This document shows positions 57,901 to 64,000 of a DNA stretch of 64,000 nt, piece after piece. Both the position numbers and the translations under genes were made by a program. Under the pieces are notes generated by a model. The model worked only from the letters and a program-made list of their open reading frames with translations, made no database searches and was not told the DNA's origin. Source of the DNA: Bugula neritina (Eukaryota > Animalia > Bryozoa); the NCBI GenBank assembly GCA_964035545.1, contig OZ037771.1:7991408-8055407 (forward strand), read 5' to 3'. The first letter of the stretch is position 1; each line of letters starts with the position of its first letter.

Positions 57901-59402
57901 GTGTAATAATGTTACAGTCAAAGTCGTGTACTCATCGGTAAATACACTGCATTGACACTGAGTAGCTACTAGCTACAGCACACCTGCTACTCAGTGTCAC
58001 ACAGCACACCTGCTACTCAATGTCACACAGCATACTTGCTACTCAGTGTCACACAGCACACCTGCTACTCAATGTCACACAGCATACTTGCTACTCAGCG
58101 TCACACAGCACACCTGCTACTCAATGTCACACAGTACACTAGCTACTCAGTGTCAGACAGCATACTTGCTACTCAGTGTCACACAACACACCTGCTACTG
58201 AGTGTCACACAGCTATCATTAGTAAATGCACTGTACTGAAATCTCCACCCAGCCAGTTGAATAAGTTATAAATAAGAATTCAAACAAATGTTATTATATA
58301 TAATACATGCCTGCTAGGTAAAGCTGACAATTTACATTCCTTCAATTCCAGCTTCCTTAATGATAGCAGAGATGTGAATGCATCGTCAGGTAGAAATGTA
58401 GATAAATCATCATAAGAAAAACATAATACCTCTAGACTCTTTATTGAAGCTATACTGTAGAATAAAATATATATCTGTAATTGTTACATGAGTATATTGC
58501 TGTACAATCAATATATAAAATTTAAAATGCTTATGTGCTTTTTCGTTTTAGTGTAGGCCTACTTTCCTCTGCATATTTTGTTATGTGCGTATGCATGTGC
58601 GTGTGAGTTCTATCTTTGATTAATGAAGTCTTGCCTTACATATATGAAAAACGTGTTTCTACATTGAATAAGCATAAGGCAGTTGAATAGAATAAGTCAG
58701 TAAACATAGACACCAAACAGACATGCAGATATTTTATGTGAGTCAAGTGAAAAGAAAATAATAGGGCAGCTACAAAGATATAGGGCTGGATTCGAGAAAG
58801 TGATGGATAAGTTAATTATGTTGCATTTTGTGATTCCAAATTATAATCTTACACTATACCTGCTAAAGTCAGTGTCACTGTTCACATCATAAATGGATAG
58901 GTGTGTGAGATGAGGAAACAGTGTAGCAATATTTGGAGAAATGTTCTCTCCCAGTATCATATGAGTAACTGTATGACGTGGACTTATATCTCGGATCTCT
59001 TCTATAGTGTAGCAGGAAGTAAAACTCCCTATCCACTCGCCATCTTCTTCTTCTATACTGGATGTGTTGAACCACACTCGGTGCCTATCTGCAAGTTATA
59101 CGATATGTGATAGTTTATACATCACACCGTCAATGAGTAGATATTTACAGATTTCATCACATCAGTATCCTAACCTTATACAGCACGATGCTCTGCCAAA
59201 ACTGCGCCTCACACAATATTCAGTATAACTACTGCTATTTGATAGGTCTGCTACAGATCTAAGTTGATACAGTCCTTAACCACCGGTCAAAAGGTTTGAG
59301 TTATATAATTTACTAACTTGGTACTAGCTGAGTTGGAAGTTTAGTTTGAGGTAGAGTTGAATGTGAGGGTTGAGTTGGAGGCTGGGATACAGACTCATCC
59401 AT
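51968..59402 (-). CDS. LRR protein A (532 aa): paralog of B with 7 two-LRR cassette exons
   Basis: Exons 59318-59402, 58860-59088, cassettes 58311-58454 (GC donor), 57639-57782, 57330-57473, 57033-57176, 55886-56029, 55326-55469, 54770-54913, last 51968-52244. Total 1599 nt in frame; the 229-nt and 277-nt exons match gene B in size. Confidence 0.88.
52355..53500 (+). mobile_element. Decayed non-LTR retrotransposon fragment (RTE-like endonuclease/linker)
   Basis: Broken peptides [42 protein letters not shown]. Confidence 0.6.
53570..53968. repeat. GA-rich (GGGAGAGA)n simple repeat
   Basis: Homopurine tract of about 400 bp. Confidence 0.96.
54990..55172. repeat. Degenerate (GTA/GCA/GTG)n trinucleotide repeat
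   Basis: Intronic; yields the poly-T/A and poly-V ORFs. Confidence 0.85.
56200..56960 (+). mobile_element. Decayed, internally deleted non-LTR retrotransposon (R4/Dong-like)
   Basis: [21 protein letters not shown] at ~56745-56810 is the typical post-RT motif; upstream [10 protein letters not shown] segment. Confidence 0.55.
57968..58212. repeat. 26-bp minisatellite, paralogous to 47125-47432
   Basis: Same unit and same flanking intron sequence. Confidence 0.92.
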
Positions 59403-61503
59403 TCTGCAATCACTGAATAAAGTTGCCAGTCTCACTTAGTAACGTTCATTCTCATCTGTTACATCAGCATCATTAATTTCAGTCAATGCACTTCAAACTA
59501 GTTCTACAGCTTACATGATGATGTAAACTTTTATTAAAAATAAAAAAACTGTGACAGACAATTCTAGAACACACTAGTTATTCTTCTGCTAAAAAATCAA
59601 CTAAAAATTCTCACTATCCTTTAAATAGCGGCAGCTTTCAAATAAGATGCATAACATTGATTCAAAATTATGTTTAACTAAACAATATTGCACTCTGCTA
59701 CAAGAAACCTGCTTTAAAACTAAATCAAAATCTGCATAGCAAAATGATAGACTTTAGCACAAAATTCTTCTTGTTGACTTTAAGCCTCAAATTACATACC
59801 CAGCCTCACAGTCACTGACTTACTAGCACAAATACAAAACGTAATCTTAGTCTAAATGACAAAAGAAATTTTCAAATTTCAACATGAAAAGCTTCAAATT
59901 GACATACCTGCCATCACAATAATCACCTACATAGAGAAAGTACCAGTACCAGAGAAGTAGAAGTAGAAGTAGAACTAGAAGTAGAGCCTTAGAATTAGAC
60001 TGTTTTAGAGATCAACATAATTATTACTAGTAGCACTAACAGTAGTACTGCTGTTGTTACAAATAATAGTACTTTAACATTAACCCTGAGTGCGAGTAAT
60101 GACTATCACAGCATAAGTAACACTATTAGAATTACTACATATAAAAGTACAAGCATCAGCATGATTTTATATAAATGATATTATATTAAGTTGAGTAACT
60201 ATTCTTATTATCATTTTGATTTTCATTATGAGAAGTTAGTTTTATGTATGAAATAACCATCATGAATGAGGAATTTGAAGAAATATTTAATTTCATTTTT
60301 ATAATAAAGTAAAATATTAAAGCGGAACTACAACTTAAGCATAAGAATTAAACTTAATTAATATAATTACAAATAACATAAATATATTACTAAAATAATT
60401 AGAATGTAGTTTAAGTTTTAGTTCTATCTAATTCTATTAATTTCAAAAATTTTATGCATACAGTAATTTTTCTGTCATTACTAATAACTAATACTAATAG
60501 TAATAAGCAACAATAGTAATACTAAGAGACATAGCTATCCTGATCCTGACAATAATAATACAATAGTAGCCTACTCATCACTTATGGTAAATGTAATGCT
60601 AATAATACTAGCATTGCTAGAACCTAGAATTTTGTAGACACATCATTGACAAACTATTTAGACTGTACCCCTAACAGTAACACCAAACTGAAACTTGAAA
60701 CCTTCAAAGCACTGGAATCAGTAACTCCAAACTTTGTGCTGCATCAGGTTATTTTCAATCTTTTTATGATGATAATTACAAAGATAAATTTAACAACATT
60801 CACATTGAATAATTGATAAAATTGAATCAATGATATTAATAATAATATTAATATTTATTCATAATTGAATTTGATAATGATATTGATTGTATCGAGTTGG
60901 TTAAAGATTCTTTACTATAAAACATAATATAGTTACGTTTAACAGATGATGCCAGTCACTTAAGTAAAATGAAGCATTTTAGTAATGCCAATCGAATTAT
61001 ATAAAAGTATATTTCAATGGATGGTGCAATCTATTGAAATTATACTATATAATAACTATATTATTTCAGTAACACCATCACAGTCACTGAAGTACAGAGA
61101 AATGCATATTATTTGACCTTTAACCCTTAGACTAAAATACGAATAAAGCAAAATGTGTACTTCGAGCGGAATAATTTTAGTCCGATAATTTAAAACGTTC
61201 TATAAACAAAGGCAATTTATTTTCGCCGTTCACAATTATTTGAGTTACATTTTTTCTATTACAAGAGCGGTATATATCAGGAGTGGCGACTTTAGCATGA
61301 GAAGTCAGCATGCCGCTATTATTACCGCGAGGTTATTTAATATATAAAGAAACATTTTGCCACTTGCGTTATTTTATTATTTTCTTATATCATGTGTACA
61401 TTTTTAGCTTTGTTTACTAGTTAAATTTTTAAACATATTTCTCATGCATATAAAATTAAAAGAAATTTAAAACTCACACACACGCACATATTATATATAC
61501 ACG

Positions 61504-61992
<489 letters not shown>

Positions 61993-64000
61993 CTGACACT
62001 TTCATAGAAAAACGGTCGATCTGAGCACATTTCTCAGATCGATCTCAGCGAGATCGATCTGAGATTGATCCATGAAAGCCTGTGAATGTCTCATGAATAT
62101 ATATTTTTCACTCTGTTTATATTATCCAAGTGGTAAACATGTTTTACACACATCAAAACATAATGGTAATCAGATTCTAGAGTATTCTAAGCAAACAAAT
62201 GCAATCTTATTAATTATAGCTTCAGCTTTGTTAAGAAAAGAATGGAGCTGCATGGGTGGTAGATAAACATACAGAATTCGTACTAGCATAGCTTCTATTA
62301 TAGCTCCACCTCAATTATTATAATTAAGGCAGAGCTATAATATTTAGCTACAGGGTGCTAAATATAACGATGGCTCTGCAAGTGACAGTAAACAAAGCGC
62401 TTCTGTACTTTTGGATTACAGGGTGACACCACATGCCAAAATGAAGTCTTGGTGGACAATTGTGGTAAATATAATTTATTCCATTTTATAAAGATATTTT
62501 TAGTAAATATGGGAAAATTTTGGTGATTTTTTAAAGATATTATTTAAACAAGCTTTGAGAGTGGTGGAAAAATTTTAATTTAATTCTAAAAATAGCAATA
62601 GCCACTTAATTTTAGTAAGTATTTATATTGATATTGTTTGTATATCATTGTTTTAGATGTTGGTGACTTTCTCCAGCTGGGCTGCATCTTCCCATAATTT
62701 CCCAGTGAGGTATGTGTAGTTCTTATTATTACCACATATAATGAATCAAATAATTGTTGCCTATTTTCTCAGTTTTTTATTTGTTGTTATTATTACTTAT
62801 CCTAATCTGTTTCTAATAGAAAAAGTTTTAAAATTGGGCTACAGGCTTGGTTTCTGCAGCCAGACATAAAGCCAAGTATGGCTGGTCCGTCTTCTTTACC
62901 TTTTCACTGGCAATTGAACTGATCACTCTAACCGTAGACTACACAGCTGCCTAATAATATTATTAGATATTTTTCACAATAATCAGGCTAAAAATTGAAA
63001 AGAATTAAAAGCTTCATAAAAAAAATTTCTATTATAGATGTGTTCTCTCTCAGTTATTTTCTAAATAATTATTGCCCCTCATTCACCCTTACTGTACCAT
63101 AGGCCGTAACATAAACATCAGCCATTTTTAATGTGCCCGGGCTGAAGTTTTCAAAGTTTGCTATTAGGTATGATCTATGACACTTCATTGGCCAATTATA
63201 TCCAATGAGTTAATGCAAAAGTCTTTCTGTCCAATAAGAGTCCACCAAAAAGTTTTTTTAATCAAGCAATGCTAATTGATCCTAACATACAGCAACTCAG
63301 TACAGGAAGCTTAGGCATTTGTAAAATTGGCTGATATTTGCTGTTACGACATATGTAAGTGTGAATGAAGGGTGACTGGTGATACCTAGGCTATATAATT
63401 CATGTGACAAAATTAACAAGAAAACACATGCAGCTTTTCTCTGGAAAGCCTCTGAAAATAATTGTCTCTACCTTGTGCCATAGCCGTTGGAGTTCTCGGT
63501 GCTTTTAAACTTACTAACATGATATAGCTGTTTCAGCTGTTGCTGCCAAATATTTTGTAAAATTTTAATGAACCATGACTTATTTGTGTGCTTTTTCAGT
63601 CATATTTTCTTGGTGTTAACATACTTCTTGACTGCTATAAGATGTTATTATAAACTTTCTCAATATAATATGTTCCCTTCAATTTCTCCTGATGGCCATG
63701 CTTTTATGTTAAATTAATCAATTACTTCTTACTAACTACTTACTTATTTATAGTTCAATCAATTGTTCTTTTTTACTGCTGCCTCAGTGAAATATTTGTT
63801 TCACTACTTTAGTTGGTTGTATGATTTGGTGTAGAAATGAATATTTTAGTATATACAGCTTTAGTTCTAATTAATTAAAACTGCTTTTGTATTTTAGATA
63901 ATTTATTTTTATGACTTTCTTTATGGCAGAGAAAACATTATAAATTTTGTTCCAGTAATAACCATGTAGCATATAAATGGAAACTAAAATTGAATGCATA

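Noticed and set aside
44037-58454. RAG-type recombination signals or VLR-style incomplete germline gene
   Set aside because: No heptamer/nonamer motifs noticed at cassette borders, and both genes are complete by splicing alone; somatic DNA assembly is not supported by the sequence.
62015-62072. GATC-rich short palindromes
   Set aside because: Short and without a partner terminus; no supportable assignment.

Overview
AT-rich, intron-containing animal (invertebrate-like) genomic DNA, not prokaryotic. All three host genes are on the minus strand. (1) 12365->~3433: a type-I membrane protein with signal peptide, six Sushi/CCP domains and a TM helix. (2) Two tandem paralogous cytosolic-looking LRR genes, 59402->51968 (532 aa) and 49464->42820 (622 aa). 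Their LRR solenoids are built from 7 and 8 cassette exons that are all exactly 144 nt and phase 2-2. Each cassette encodes an Asn-type plus Cys-type LRR pair that is conserved in the scaffold and hypervariable on the beta-strand face. A 16th, orphan cassette with intact splice sites lies about 29 kb away (15040-15183). This modular, frame-neutral, diversifying LRR exon array ending in a ROCO/MFHAS1-like cap is the best candidate for an undescribed variable immune-receptor system; function is inferred, not shown. Between these genes is a ~20 kb nest of LTR retrotransposons: BEL/Pao remnants, an old Gypsy, a younger internally deleted Gypsy, and an intact Gmr1-type Gypsy with apparently identical LTRs and integrase before RT. 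Two copies of a (TA)n-embedded repeat each carry a complete type-I hammerhead ribozyme core (41437-41483 minus, 61814-61860 plus). Also present: Harbinger-type MITEs, a tRNA-like SINE family (one copy supplies a stop codon), LINE remnants and many mini/microsatellites, one built from a duplicated splice acceptor. Gene models were assembled by eye from splice signals and phase arithmetic; no transcript or database evidence was available.
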